From an uncultured Eubacteriales bacterium (GTDB lineage Bacteria; Bacillota; Clostridia; Saccharofermentanales; UBA5734), in NCBI GenBank assembly GCA_903919045.1, contig CAIXGU010000272.1, positions 10,574-74,573 of the forward strand: a stretch of DNA of 64,000 bases, written 5' to 3'. Under the pieces are notes generated by a model. The model worked only from the letters and a program-made list of their open reading frames with translations. It had not been told where the DNA came from and did not search any database. Positions 17,187-27,176 of the stretch are shown piece by piece. Within the stretch, counting starts at the first letter, position 1. The number at the start of each line of letters is the position of its first letter. Both the position numbers and the translations under genes were made by a program.

Positions 17187-18002
17187 ATGCGCTTCGACAC
17201 GCACACCCACACGGACCGCTTCTCGGCCGACTCCAAGCTCCCCGTCGACGTCCTCCTGGACCGCGCCGCGGCGCTGGGCCTCGCCGGCGTGGCGGCGACG
17301 GACCACTACGAGCCGGACTACCCGGACCCCCGCTATGCGAACCTGTTCGACGTCGGCGAGTACCTGGCGGCCCTGCGGGAGGCCGACCGGTCCGCCGCCG
17401 GCGGTCCCCGCCTGCTGCGCGGCGTCGAATTCGGCTGGCAGGACCACCTCGGCCCCGAGCTGGACGCGCTCGCCGCGACCGGCGGCTTCGACGTCCTGAT
17501 CTCCTCGGTCCATATGCTCGAGCGCGTCGATCCCTACTTCACCCGCACGATCTACGACCCCGGCCGCAAGGCCGTCTACGGCGCCTTCCTCGCCTCGATG
17601 GCCCGGATGCTGCGCGCCAGCCGCTCCTTCGACGTCCTCGGGCACTACGACTACGTCTCCCGCTACGCGCCCTGGCCGTCGAAGCGCATGGCCTACGCCG
17701 ACGCGCCGGACGAATTCGACGAGATCTTCCGGCTGCTCGTCGAGAGCGGACGCGCCCTCGAGCTGAACACGCGCACCGGCTACCGGCTCCTGGACGAAGG
17801 CGTCTCCGACTGGCTCCCCGACCCGGCCGTGCTGCGCCGTTACCGCGAGCTCGGCGGCGAGCTCGTGGCGCTCGGGTCCGACGCGCACCAGGCGGAGACG
17901 GTCGGCCGCTGCCTCCCGGAGTACGCCGCCTTCCTCGAAGGGCTCGGCTTCCCCGGAATCGCCGTGTTCTTCGGCAGAAAAGCGCAGGTCGTCCCCTTCT
18001 GA
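17187..18002 (+). CDS. PHP-domain phosphoesterase (HisJ/histidinol-phosphatase family)
   Basis: 271 aa starting MRFDTHTHTDRFS, with RBS AAGGGAGGA 7 nt upstream. The ORF-track start at 17166 lacks an RBS. Confidence 0.8.
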   Translation: MRFDTHTHTDRFSADSKLPVDVLLDRAAALGLAGVAATDHYEPDYPDPRYANLFDVGEYLAALREADRSAAGGPRLLRGVEFGWQDHLGPELDALAATGGFDVLISSVHMLERVDPYFTRTIYDPGRKAVYGAFLASMARMLRASRSFDVLGHYDYVSRYAPWPSKRMAYADAPDEFDEIFRLLVESGRALELNTRTGYRLLDEGVSDWLPDPAVLRRYRELGGELVALGSDAHQAETVGRCLPEYAAFLEGLGFPGIAVFFGRKAQVVPF

Positions 18003-18102
18003 GGAACGACCTGGCGATTCGTTGGACTATTCCCTAGCGTTTTACTTATCGCTCCGATTCGGACACTTTGAAATTCCATAACGTCACAGTTAACGATATC
18101 GT

Positions 18103-18534
18103 TCACTCGCCATCGTGGTCATGGTCTTCCGTTTCGGCAAAGATATGCCGATTCTCGTCGTTGATCAGCCCGTTCTTCTCGTAGTATTCCTTCAGCGCGG
18201 CCTTCACCGCCTGCTCGGCGAGGAGCGAGCAGTGCATCTTCTGCGGCGGCAGCCCGTCGAGCGCTTCGGCGACGGCCTTGTTGGAGAGCTGCAGGACCTC
18301 GTCGATCGTGCGGCCGATGATCATCTCGGTCGCCATGCTCGACGTCGCGATCGCCGAGCCGCATCCGAACGTCTTGAACTTCGCGTCGACGACGATCCCG
18401 TTCTCGATCTTCAGGAAGATGCGCATGATGTCGCCGCACTTGGCGTTGCCGACGGTGCCGACGGCGTCCGCGTTCTCGATCTCCCCCATGTTCCGGGGGT
18501 GCATGAAGTGGTCCATGACCTTCTCGCTGTACAT
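18103..18534 (-). CDS. nifU: Fe-S cluster scaffold protein NifU/IscU
   Basis: 143 aa from the internal Met of ORF 18103-18750. Shows the IscU signature GNAKCGD...FKTFGCGSAIA...PPQKMHCS. Confidence 0.93.
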   Translation of the reverse strand: MYSEKVMDHFMHPRNMGEIENADAVGTVGNAKCGDIMRIFLKIENGIVVDAKFKTFGCGSAIATSSMATEMIIGRTIDEVLQLSNKAVAEALDGLPPQKMHCSLLAEQAVKAALKEYYEKNGLINDENRHIFAETEDHDHDGE

Positions 18535-18536
18535 GT

Positions 18537-19736
18537 CTATTTCTTCCCTTCCGTCTTCAGGTATTCGTCGTAGAGCGGGGACATCTCGCGCAGCCGCGCC
18601 ACGACCTGCACGAGCGCCTGGAACAGGGGCTCGACGTCGTCGAGGGAGTTCTCCTTGCCGAAGGAGACGCGGAGCGAGCCGTGGGCGATCTCGTGGGGCA
18701 GGCCGATCGCGAGGAGCACGTGCGACGGGTCGAGCGACCCGGACGTGCACGCGGAGCCCGAGGAGCAGGCGAAGCCGTGCATGTCGAGGAGCAGCAGGAG
18801 CGACTCGCCCTCGATGAAGCGGAACGAGAAGTTCGCGTTGCCCGGCAGGCGCTTCGTGGGGTGGCCGTTGAGGCGGACGTGCGGGATGCCGCCGAGCACG
18901 CGGGCGATCGCGGCGTCGCGGATCGCGGCGAGGCGCGCGGCGCTCTCGGCCTGCTCCGCGGCGGCGAGCTCGAAGGCGCGGCCGAAGCCCACGATGCCGG
19001 GGACGTTCTCGGTGCCGGCGCGGCGCTTTCGCTCCTGGGCTCCGCCGTCGAGCAGGCTCGGCAGGCGAACGCCGCGGCGGACGTAGAGGGCTCCGACGCC
19101 CTTGGGGCCGCCGATCTTGTGCGCGGAGAACGAGCAGAGGTCGACGGGCAGCGTCTTCATGTCGATCGCGACCGCGCCCGCGGCCTGGACGGCGTCGGTG
19201 TGGAAGAGCACGCCCCTCGCCCGGCAGATCCGCCCGATCTCCTCGATCGGCTGGATCGTCCCGATCTCGTTGTTCGCGAACATGATCGAGCAGAGGACGG
19301 TGTCGGGGCGGAGCGCCTTCTCGACTTCCGCGGGGTCGACGAGCCCGTCGGCGTCGACCGGCAGGTACGTGACCACCCAGCCGCGCTTCTGCAGGGCCTC
19401 GCAGCTGTGCAGGACGGCGTGGTGCTCGATCGCCGACGTGACGAGGTGGCGGCCCTTCTTCTCGTAGGCCTGCGCCACGCCCTTGAGGGCCCAGTTGTCG
19501 GCCTCGGTGCCGCTGCCGGTGAAGAAGACCTCTATCGGCTCGGAGCCGATCGCCTTCGCGATGCGCTCGCGCGCGGTCTCGACGGCTTTCTTCGCGTCGC
19601 GGCCGATGCCGTAGAGCGACGAGGGATTGCCGTAGTGCTCGGTGAAATAGGGCAGCATCGCCTCCAGCACCTCGGGGCGGACCCGAGTGGTGGCGGCGTT
19701 GTCCAGATAGACGATCCGGTCGGGACGAGGTTCCAT
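18537..19736 (-). CDS. nifS: Cysteine desulfurase NifS
   Basis: 399 aa with IVYLDNAATT, the PLP-lysine region SFSAHKIGGPKG and the active-site loop SSGSACTSG. It lies 2 nt upstream of nifU. Confidence 0.93.
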   Translation of the reverse strand: MEPRPDRIVYLDNAATTRVRPEVLEAMLPYFTEHYGNPSSLYGIGRDAKKAVETARERIAKAIGSEPIEVFFTGSGTEADNWALKGVAQAYEKKGRHLVTSAIEHHAVLHSCEALQKRGWVVTYLPVDADGLVDPAEVEKALRPDTVLCSIMFANNEIGTIQPIEEIGRICRARGVLFHTDAVQAAGAVAIDMKTLPVDLCSFSAHKIGGPKGVGALYVRRGVRLPSLLDGGAQERKRRAGTENVPGIVGFGRAFELAAAEQAESAARLAAIRDAAIARVLGGIPHVRLNGHPTKRLPGNANFSFRFIEGESLLLLLDMHGFACSSGSACTSGSLDPSHVLLAIGLPHEIAHGSLRVSFGKENSLDDVEPLFQALVQVVARLREMSPLYDEYLKTEGKK

Positions 19737-19833
19737 GCGCGTTCCTGCGCGGTTGGCGCCCGCGTCGGGCCCTCCGCGCCTTCCTTTCCGTGATGAATGT
19801 ACCGTTTGGGGGGGGAAGCCGGAGTAACTCGCG

Positions 19834-21108
19834 TTACACGGCCCCGGAAGCGGGCCCGGCGAGCGTCGGGAGCGTGGAGCCGGCGTGGGCCATCACGATG
19901 CAGCCGGCGCCCGTGGCATGGTCGCGCAGGGCCTCGTCGACGGCGGCCTGCAGGTCGTCGCGCGGCTCCATCAGCTTGTGGCAGGCCGCGCCGGCCGGCA
20001 GGTCGGACACGATCAGGATGCGCGCCTTCTTCCGGACCAGGGCGATTGCCGCGGCCTTGTGGCCGCCGAGGCGGAAGTCCCGGCGAACGCGATCGACGAG
20101 GTCGTCGGGGGTGCAGGCCTCGCGCAGCCAGTTCTCGAAGACGTGCTCTCCGAGGCCTTCGGCGCAGGAGGCGGCGAGGACGATGCAGCCGCCGTCGCGC
20201 ACGGCGTGCTGGGCGTTGTCGAGGGCCTTCTGCGCCTGGTAGAGGTTCAGGTCCTTGGGGTACCCCCCGGGCGTCGCGACGACGACGTCGGCCCGACGGG
20301 GGATCGGGACCTTGTACATCGCGTCGAGGAACCGGCAGCCTGCGCGGTGCGCGGCGGTTGCGTCCCCGGCGACCGCCTTCACGACCCGCTTGTCCTCGTC
20401 GAGGACGACGTTGAGGATCCAATCGGCGCCGAGCAGGGACGCGCCTTCCTCGATGTCCTCGCGCACCGGATTGCCCTCGAGGCGGCCCGCCCCCGCCGCG
20501 GGGTCGGTCATCCAGCGGTGGTTCGCCTGGATCGCCTCGCGCGTGGAGACGCCCGGCAGCAGCGCCTTCAGGCCGCCGCTGTACCCGGCGAAGTAGTGCA
20601 TCTCGATGTTGCCGAGCAGGACGCGGCGGTCGGCGCGGACCACCGGCCCGAAGAGGTCGACGGGCGTCCCGCGCGCGGTCGTGCCGAGCCGGACTATGTC
20701 GGAGGGGTCCGGATCGAGGGCACACACCGTGCCGTGGACGTCCGGTCCGAGGAGCCGGCGCTTCTCCTCCTCGGTGTGGGCGCGGTGGGAGCCGAGGCCG
20801 AACGCGACGACGACGTCCTCGCGCCGGATCCCGCCGGCAGCGAGCTCGTCGAGGACGGCCGGCAGCACGAGCGCGGTCGGCATGGGGCGCGTGACGTCGG
20901 AGGTGACGATGCAGACGGTCTCGCCGGGACGCACGGCGTCGCGCAGGCGCGGGGCGCCGATCGGTTCCCGCATCGCGCGCAGGACTTCCGCGAGACCGGT
21001 CGGGCCTTCGGGGGCGGGATTCGCCTTCAGGTCGAGCAGGAGGTCCCGCTCGTCCAGTTCGAACGACCTCGTCCCCTTGCCGTAGCCGATCGTGAAGGTC
21101 CGCTTCAT
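19834..21108 (-). CDS. larA: LarA-family nickel-pincer-dependent 2-hydroxyacid racemase/epimerase homologue
   Basis: 424 aa from Met31 of ORF 19834-21198, with RBS GGGGAGGG upstream. Its N-terminus matches the lactate racemase N-terminal domain pattern (VCIVTSDVTRPMP..., GLGSHR). The start overlaps the rarA stop (ATGA). Confidence 0.78.
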   Translation of the reverse strand: MKRTFTIGYGKGTRSFELDERDLLLDLKANPAPEGPTGLAEVLRAMREPIGAPRLRDAVRPGETVCIVTSDVTRPMPTALVLPAVLDELAAGGIRREDVVVAFGLGSHRAHTEEEKRRLLGPDVHGTVCALDPDPSDIVRLGTTARGTPVDLFGPVVRADRRVLLGNIEMHYFAGYSGGLKALLPGVSTREAIQANHRWMTDPAAGAGRLEGNPVREDIEEGASLLGADWILNVVLDEDKRVVKAVAGDATAAHRAGCRFLDAMYKVPIPRRADVVVATPGGYPKDLNLYQAQKALDNAQHAVRDGGCIVLAASCAEGLGEHVFENWLREACTPDDLVDRVRRDFRLGGHKAAAIALVRKKARILIVSDLPAGAACHKLMEPRDDLQAAVDEALRDHATGAGCIVMAHAGSTLPTLAGPASGAV

Positions 21109-22469
21109 TCCGCCCTCCCCTGCCCTTTCCGATCGCCCGGCGGCGTCCCGTCCGCGGCGCGGCCCTTCGCCTTCGCCTCCCGGAGCTTTCCGAGCCATTC
21201 CTGGACGCGCGCTTCGTAGCCGTTCGCCGTGGGCTCGTAGTAGACCGTGCCGGCGATCTCGGCCGGCAGGTATTCGAGGTCGACGATGTGTCCCGGGAAG
21301 TCATGCGCGTACTGGTAGCCCTTGGAATACCCGAGCGCCTCCATGCCCTTCGCGGGCGCGTTGCGCAGGTGCATCGGGACCTCGCCGGTCCGGCGCGACG
21401 CGACGTCGGAGAGGGCCTTCTCGATCGCGAGGTAGGAGGCGTTCGACTTCGGGCTGGTCGCGACCATGACGGCGGCCTCGGCGAGGATGATCCGCGCCTC
21501 GGGCATGCCGACGGCCATGATCGCCTGGTAGGCCGCCATCGCGACCTGGAGCGCGGACGGGTTGGCCATCCCGACGTCCTCGGCGGCGCAGATCGTGATG
21601 CGGCGGGCGAGGAACTCGATGTCCTCGCCGCCGTGCAGGGCGCGCGCGAGGTAGAAGACCGCGGCGTCGGGGTCGCTGCCGCGCATCGACTTGATGAAGG
21701 CGCTGATGTTGTCGTAGTGGCTCTCGCCGTCGTGGTCGAACGCGATCGAGCGCTTCTGCAGGCAGTCCTCGAGGACCGGCACGTCGACGCGGATGCGGCC
21801 GTCCGCCGACGCGGACGTCGTCACGGCGGCGAGCTCGAGGCCGTTCAGGGCGATGCGCGCGTCCCCGTTGCAGCGGTCGCACAGGAAGTCGAGCGCCGCC
21901 GGCTCGAAGTCGAGCGGGTAGGTCCCGAGGCCGCGCTCGGCGTCGGCGAGGGCGAACCGCAGGATGCGCAGGATCTCCTCCTTCTTGAGCGGGAGGAGCT
22001 GGAAGACGGTCGAGCGGGAGATCAGGGCCTTGTTGACCTCGAAGAACGGGTTCTCGGTCGTCGCGCCGACCAGGATCAGCGTGCCGTCCTCGACGTGCGG
22101 GAGGAGCGCGTCCTGCTGCGCCTTGTTGAAGCGGTGGATCTCGTCGATGAACAGGACCGTGCGGCCCGAGGGGTTCATGAGCAGGTTCTGCGCGTCGGCG
22201 ATCACCCGCTTGATGTCGGCGACGCCGGAGGTCACGGCGTTCAGCTTCTGGAATCCCGACTTCGTCGTGCGGGCGATCACCCGCGCGAGGGCGGTCTTGC
22301 CCGTGCCCGGAGGGCCGAAGAGGAGGATCGAGCTCAGGCGGTCGGCCTCGATCATGCGCCGCAGCATGCGGCCGGGACCGAGGATGTGCTCCTGCCCGAC
22401 GTACTCGTCCAGCGTGCGGGGGACCATGCGGTACGCGAGCGGCTCCTTGCGGTCCGTCCTCTCGTCCAC
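21105..22469 (-). CDS. rarA: Replication-associated recombination protein A (AAA+ ATPase RarA/MgsA)
   Basis: 454 aa from a GTG start with RBS AAGGAGGA upstream. Walker A is GPPGTGKT and Walker B is LFIDEIHRFNK. A MgsA C-terminal domain is present. The remaining 366 upstream codons of the ORF are spurious. Confidence 0.9.
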   Translation of the reverse strand: MDERTDRKEPLAYRMVPRTLDEYVGQEHILGPGRMLRRMIEADRLSSILLFGPPGTGKTALARVIARTTKSGFQKLNAVTSGVADIKRVIADAQNLLMNPSGRTVLFIDEIHRFNKAQQDALLPHVEDGTLILVGATTENPFFEVNKALISRSTVFQLLPLKKEEILRILRFALADAERGLGTYPLDFEPAALDFLCDRCNGDARIALNGLELAAVTTSASADGRIRVDVPVLEDCLQKRSIAFDHDGESHYDNISAFIKSMRGSDPDAAVFYLARALHGGEDIEFLARRITICAAEDVGMANPSALQVAMAAYQAIMAVGMPEARIILAEAAVMVATSPKSNASYLAIEKALSDVASRRTGEVPMHLRNAPAKGMEALGYSKGYQYAHDFPGHIVDLEYLPAEIAGTVYYEPTANGYEARVQEWLGKLREAKAKGRAADGTPPGDRKGQGRAE

Positions 22470-22516
22470 GGGGTCCTCCTTTCCGCCGGACGCGCCGGCG
22501 CCTCGCGCGCCTGGAG

Positions 22517-23761
22517 TCAGGCCAGGCCGGGGTACAGCGGATGCTGCGCGAGGAGCGCGGCCACCCGCGTGCGGATCTCCGCCTGCCGCCCCTCGAAGTC
22601 GTCGAGGGCGAGGCGGACCAGCGCCGCGATCTCGCGCATGTCGGCGGGGCCCATCCCCCGGCTCGTGACCGCGGGCGTGCCGAGGCGGATGCCGCTCGTG
22701 ACGAAGGGCGACTGCGTGTCGAACGGGATGCCGTTCTTGTTGCAGGTGATGTCGCAGGCGTCGAGGCGGAGCTGCATATCCTTGCCGGACGCTCCGGTGC
22801 CGGTGAGGTCGACGAGCATCAGATGCGTGTCGGTGCCGCCGGAGACGAGCCGGAAGCCCTGTGCGGTCAGCGCCTCCGCGAGCGCGCGGGCGTTCTCGAC
22901 GATGCGGCGCGCGTAGTCGCGGAACTCGGGACGGAGGGCTTCGCCGAACGCGACGGCCTTGCCGGCGATCACGTGCATCAGCGGGCCGCCCTGCGTGCCC
23001 GGGAAGACGGCGGAGTCGATGCGCTGCGCCCACTCCTTCCTGCAGAGGATCAGGCCGCCGCGGGGCCCGCGGAGGGTCTTGTGGGTGGTGGTCGTGACGA
23101 AGTCCGCGAACGGGACCGGGTCGGGGTGCAGCTTCGCGGCGACGAGGCCGGCGATGTGGGCCATGTCGACGAACAGCAGGGCGCCGACGGAATCCGCGAT
23201 CCCGCGGAAGCGGGCGAAGTCGATCGTGCGGGGGTACGCGGACGCGCCGGCGAGGATCAGCTTCGGCCGGTGCTCGAGGGCGAGGGCCTGCAGGCGGTCG
23301 TAGTCGATCCGCTCGGTCTCGCGGTCGACGCCGTACGGGACCGGCCGGAAATAGCGGCCGGAGATGTTCTTCGCCATGCCGTGCGAGAGGTGCCCGCCGT
23401 GGGCGAGGTCCATCCCGAGGAACGCGTCGCCGGGCTCGAGCGCGGCGAAGAAGACGGCCGTGTTGGCCTGTGCGCCGGAATGCGGCTGCACGTTGGCGTG
23501 CTCGGCGCCGAAGAGCTCCTTGGCGCGGGCGATCGCGAGGTCCTCGACGACGTCCACGTGCTCGCATCCGCCGTAGTAGCGCTTGTGCGGGTACCCTTCC
23601 GCGTACTTGTTGGTCAGCGGCGTCCCGACGGCCTCGAGGACGGCCTCGCTGACGAAGTTCTCCGACGCGATCAGCTCGATCTTGGACCGCTGGCGTCCGA
23701 TCTCCGCGGATACGGCGGCGTAGACGTCGGGGTCGGTGCGCTGCAGGGTGCGGTAGTCCAT
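22517..23761 (-). CDS. glyA: Serine hydroxymethyltransferase
   Basis: 414 aa with [22 protein letters not shown] and the PLP site [17 protein letters not shown] is GAGGAGGAA. Confidence 0.96.
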   Translation of the reverse strand: MDYRTLQRTDPDVYAAVSAEIGRQRSKIELIASENFVSEAVLEAVGTPLTNKYAEGYPHKRYYGGCEHVDVVEDLAIARAKELFGAEHANVQPHSGAQANTAVFFAALEPGDAFLGMDLAHGGHLSHGMAKNISGRYFRPVPYGVDRETERIDYDRLQALALEHRPKLILAGASAYPRTIDFARFRGIADSVGALLFVDMAHIAGLVAAKLHPDPVPFADFVTTTTHKTLRGPRGGLILCRKEWAQRIDSAVFPGTQGGPLMHVIAGKAVAFGEALRPEFRDYARRIVENARALAEALTAQGFRLVSGGTDTHLMLVDLTGTGASGKDMQLRLDACDITCNKNGIPFDTQSPFVTSGIRLGTPAVTSRGMGPADMREIAALVRLALDDFEGRQAEIRTRVAALLAQHPLYPGLA

Positions 23762-23809
23762 GGGTTCCTCCTCAGGCGGTGCGGGTTCTCGGAGTGCGGG
23801 ATATGGGCC

Positions 23810-23818
23810 ATTCTAGCA
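23810..23818 (-). promoter_or_regulatory. Extended -10 TGCTAGAAT upstream of glyA
   Basis: The minus strand reads TGCTAGAAT, overlapping the stop codon of the upstream gene. It lies about 45 nt before the glyA ATG. Confidence 0.4.
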
Positions 23819-24802
23819 CAGCGCGGCGAACAATTCGTCCGGTCCGGGCGCCTCGAGCGGGCTTTCCGCGCCGTTCCGGCGGAGGACGCGCTTCGGGTCC
23901 GCCGCGAAGGTCCCGATCCGCGCGGACGGGACGCCGGCCGCGGCGAGCGCGGCGGCGACGGCGTCGGGCCGGTCGGTCGCGACGAGCATCGACCCGCTGG
24001 CGATCAAGCGCAGGGGGTCGACGGAAAGCACGGCGCAGATGCGGGACGTGAGCGGCTCGACGGGGATCGCGTCCGCCTCGACGGCGAGGCCGAGGCCCGC
24101 GGCGCGGGCCATCTCCCAGGCGGCGCCGAGCACGCCGCCTTCGGTGGCGTCGTGCATCGCATGCGCGCCCGCCGCGGCGGCGGCGGGGCCGTCTGCGACG
24201 ACGGAGAGCCGGTCCGCGAAGGCGGCGGCCGTCCGGAGCTCCTCGGGCGAGAGGGCCGTCGCGAGGGCCTCCGCGCGGTCGACGGCCAGGATCGCGGTGC
24301 CCTCGATGCCGGCCGTGCGGGTCATGAGGAGCGCGTCGCCGGGCTTCGCGCCCGCGGCGGAGAGGGTCGGCCGGCCTTCCGAGAAGCCGACGGCGGTGGC
24401 GTGCAGGACGAAGCGCGTGACCGCGTCGCTGACCTCGGTGTGGCCGCCGACGATGTCGACGCCGAGCGCGGACGCGGCGGCGGACGCCTCGTCGACGATT
24501 CCGGCGATGCGCTCCGGCTCCGCGTCCGGGGGCGCGATGATCGACAGCAGCAGGCAGCGCGGCGAAAGGCCGGTCGCCGCGACGTCGTTGCAGGCCACGT
24601 TCACGGCGAGACGGCCGAGGCCGGCGTCGGCGCCGGTGATCGGGTCGCAGGTCAGGACCGCGAGCCCCTCCCCATCCCCGGTGCGGACGACCGCGCAGTC
24701 GAGGCCGGTCCCGGGACCGGTGACGGTGCGTGCGCCGCTTTTCGGGAGGCGGTCCAGCACGAGGCGGCGCAGGTCGGCGTCGGACAGCTTCCCGATCCTC
24801 AT
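23813..24802 (-). CDS. PurM-superfamily (AIR synthase-related / HypE-like) ATP-binding protein, unknown function
   Basis: 329 aa from the ATG in an ATGA overlap with the thiI stop. N-terminus is MRIGKLSDADL, with motifs CDPITG, NDVAATG, GGHTE and HDATEGG. The protein ends with ...ELFAALC. Confidence 0.75.
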   Translation of the reverse strand: MRIGKLSDADLRRLVLDRLPKSGARTVTGPGTGLDCAVVRTGDGEGLAVLTCDPITGADAGLGRLAVNVACNDVAATGLSPRCLLLSIIAPPDAEPERIAGIVDEASAAASALGVDIVGGHTEVSDAVTRFVLHATAVGFSEGRPTLSAAGAKPGDALLMTRTAGIEGTAILAVDRAEALATALSPEELRTAAAFADRLSVVADGPAAAAAGAHAMHDATEGGVLGAAWEMARAAGLGLAVEADAIPVEPLTSRICAVLSVDPLRLIASGSMLVATDRPDAVAAALAAAGVPSARIGTFAADPKRVLRRNGAESPLEAPGPDELFAALC

Positions 24803-25998
24803 GCATCCCACCCCGCCGTCTTCACTTCGGCCGCGTCGATCGCCCGCCGGATCGCGTCCTCGAGCGGGAGCCGGTCCTCGAGCCGCTGCGTCGCGGACGC
24901 GTCGGGCTTCGTCTTCGGGTGCTTCGCGACGAAGACCGTGCAGCAGTCTTCGTACGGCTGGATCGACGTCTCGAACGTGCCGATCCTCCGGGCGATCTCG
25001 ATCGTGGCGTCCTTGTCGAGCCCGATCAGCGGCCGGAACACCGGCAGGGAGACGACGGCGCCCGTCGTCGCCAGCGCGGGCATCGTCTGGCTCGCCACCT
25101 GGCCCAGGCTCTCGCCGGTGATCAGCGCGCGGCAGCCGCGCCGGACCGCGATCCGCTCGGCGATGCGCATCATCGCGCGCCGCATGCAGATCGTCATCAT
25201 GTCCTCGGGCACGCCGTCGCGGAGCATCGTCTGGATCTCCGCGAAGGGGACGACGTGGAGCGCCACGCGGCCCGCATACCGGGCGAGCAGCCCGGCGAGG
25301 GCCTCGACCTTCCGGAGGGCCCGCTCGCTCGTGAAGGGGATGCTCTGGAAATGCACCGCCTCGATCTCGAGGCCGCGGCTGGCCATCATGTAGCCCGCCA
25401 CCGGGCTGTCGATGCCGCCCGACAGGAGCAGCATCGCCTTGCCCGCCGTGCCGACCGGGAGGCCGCGGTGGCCTCTCTCGACGCGGTCGTACAGCAGGAC
25501 GGTGTCGCGGACCTCGACGTGGAGGACGAACGACGGGCGGTGCACGTCGACCGTGAGGAGGCCGGGGAAGGCTTCCAGCAGGTGCGCGCCGACCTCTCGG
25601 CAGATCGCCGGGGAATCGAGCGGGAACGACTTGTCGGAGCGGCGCGCCTCGACCTTGAACGTGCGCGGGCGGCCGTCGGCGAGGATCCCCCGGACGTGGT
25701 CCTCCGCCTGGGCGAGGATCTCCGGGAAGCCGACCGGGAAGCTGCGCGCGAGGTTCACCGCCACGATCCCGAAGATGCAGGTGGCGCGATGGATCGCCTC
25801 CTCGTAATCGAAGGCGGCGGGGTCGACCGGCTCGACGCGCACGACGGATTGCGAGCGCACCACGCGGACCTCGCCGAGGCCCTTGAGGCGGCGCTGCAGG
25901 TTGGCGGCGAGTCGTCCTTCGAAATCCCCGCGGTTCAGCCCCTTCAGGGAGATCTCCCCGATGCGGGCGATGAGGACCAGGTCGTGGGCGAGCGGCAT
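24799..25998 (-). CDS. thiI: tRNA 4-thiouridine synthase / sulfur carrier ThiI (no rhodanese domain)
   Basis: 399 aa from ATG 25998 with RBS AAGGAG 7 nt upstream. Has a ferredoxin-like/THUMP N-terminus (LIARIGEISLKGLNR) and PP-loop LLLSGGIDSPVA. Confidence 0.9.
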   Translation of the reverse strand: MPLAHDLVLIARIGEISLKGLNRGDFEGRLAANLQRRLKGLGEVRVVRSQSVVRVEPVDPAAFDYEEAIHRATCIFGIVAVNLARSFPVGFPEILAQAEDHVRGILADGRPRTFKVEARRSDKSFPLDSPAICREVGAHLLEAFPGLLTVDVHRPSFVLHVEVRDTVLLYDRVERGHRGLPVGTAGKAMLLLSGGIDSPVAGYMMASRGLEIEAVHFQSIPFTSERALRKVEALAGLLARYAGRVALHVVPFAEIQTMLRDGVPEDMMTICMRRAMMRIAERIAVRRGCRALITGESLGQVASQTMPALATTGAVVSLPVFRPLIGLDKDATIEIARRIGTFETSIQPYEDCCTVFVAKHPKTKPDASATQRLEDRLPLEDAIRRAIDAAEVKTAGWDA

Positions 25999-26020
25999 CG
26001 TCGGCTCCTTCCGTGCCATC

Positions 26021-27166
26021 CTACCGTTTCGGCAGGAGCAAGGCAAGCGCCTCGGAGAGCGCCGCGAGGAACGCGTCCGCCTCCTCCTCCCGATTGAGGA
26101 CGGACGTGGAGATGCGGATCGCGCAGGACGCGACGGATTCAGGGACGCCCATGGCCAGGAGGACATGGCTCGTGCGGCGGCTGCGGGCGGCGCAGGCGGA
26201 GACCGTGGAGATGCAGATCCCGCGCTGCGAGAGGGCGTTCACGAGCGGCTCCGGCTTCACGCCCGGGAAGGCGAGGTTCAGGATGGCGGGCGTGCCGTCG
26301 TCCGGCGACAGGATCCGCGCCGGGCCGCCCGGAAGCCCGTCGAGGCCCGCCAGGATGCGCGCGCGGAGGCGGCGGACGGTCTCCTCTCGCGCGGCGGTCC
26401 GTCGCACGGTTCCATCCGCGGCCGCGGCGAGCCCGGCGGCGAGCGGCGGGTTCTCGGTCCCGCTCCGCAGCCCGCCCTGCTGGCCGCCGCCCACGAGGAG
26501 CGGCGCGATGCGCGTTCCCTTGGCGACGTACAGGACGCCGATCCCCTTCGGCCCGTGGAACTTGTGCGCGGAGAAGGACGCGAGCCGCACGCCCCAGCGG
26601 CGCAGGGCGAGCGGCGCCTTGCCGAAGGTCTGCACGGCGTCGAGGTGCAGCGCCGCGTCGGGCGCCTTCGCGCGCAGGACCGCGGCGACCTCGTCCATCG
26701 GCTGGACCGCCCCGGTCTCGTTGTTCACGTGCAGGAGGCTCACCATTCCCGTCGGGACCGACAGCGCGGCCTCGAGAGCCTCGAGCCGGATCCGTCCGCT
26801 CCCGTCCACCGGAACGCGCACGACCTCGAAGCCCTGGCTCTCGAGGCGCTCGAGGGTGCGCAGGACGGCCGGGTGCTCCGCGGCGGTCGAGACGACCCGT
26901 CGGGGCTGGCGCGGATTCGCGGCCGGGAACCCGGCGAACGCGGTCGCGATCGATTCGGTGCCGCCGGACGTGAGGACGAGCTCCTCGGGAGCGACGCCGA
27001 ACGCGCAAGCCACGGCCGCCTTCGAGGCCTTCAGGGAATCCTCGGCCACGAGTCCGGCGCGGTGGAGCGACGCGGGATTGCCGACGACCGTCCGCATCGC
27101 CTCCGCGACGGCGTCGATCGTCTCGGGGTACGGCGGGGCGGTGGCGGCATTGTCGAAGTAGACCAT
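26021..27166 (-). CDS. Cysteine desulfurase (class V aminotransferase, NifZ/IscS-like partner of ThiI)
   Basis: 381 aa with MVYFDNAATAP, the PLP-lysine region SFSAHKFHGPKG and active-site Cys in STVSACAA. It sits directly upstream of thiI. Confidence 0.88.
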   Translation of the reverse strand: MVYFDNAATAPPYPETIDAVAEAMRTVVGNPASLHRAGLVAEDSLKASKAAVACAFGVAPEELVLTSGGTESIATAFAGFPAANPRQPRRVVSTAAEHPAVLRTLERLESQGFEVVRVPVDGSGRIRLEALEAALSVPTGMVSLLHVNNETGAVQPMDEVAAVLRAKAPDAALHLDAVQTFGKAPLALRRWGVRLASFSAHKFHGPKGIGVLYVAKGTRIAPLLVGGGQQGGLRSGTENPPLAAGLAAAADGTVRRTAAREETVRRLRARILAGLDGLPGGPARILSPDDGTPAILNLAFPGVKPEPLVNALSQRGICISTVSACAARSRRTSHVLLAMGVPESVASCAIRISTSVLNREEEADAFLAALSEALALLLPKR

Positions 27167-27176
27167 CCCGTGCCCG

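Noticed and set aside
15236-18037. 933-aa plus-strand ORF across the aminopeptidase and PHP genes
   Set aside because: It is antisense or out of frame to well-supported genes, with compositionally biased translation and no motifs.
18003-18105. Moderately AT-rich 100-bp convergent spacer with a perfect 12-bp palindrome AACGATATCGTT (18092-18103)
   Set aside because: There is no stable hairpin with a U-tract and no recombinase-type 11-6-11 architecture. The palindrome overlaps the nifU stop, and no function can be supported from sequence alone.
23762-23812. ZTP/THF/T-box-type riboswitches upstream of glyA, folD and purB
   Set aside because: The available leaders are too short (about 45 nt for glyA, about 15-60 nt for purB, none for folD, which is overlapped by ygiQ). 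They also lack the conserved cores of those riboswitch classes.
22541-25393. 950-aa plus-strand ORF across glyA, the PurM-like gene and thiI
   Set aside because: It is antisense to three homology-supported genes and is rich in Arg, Gly, Asp and Glu. It is a shadow ORF.
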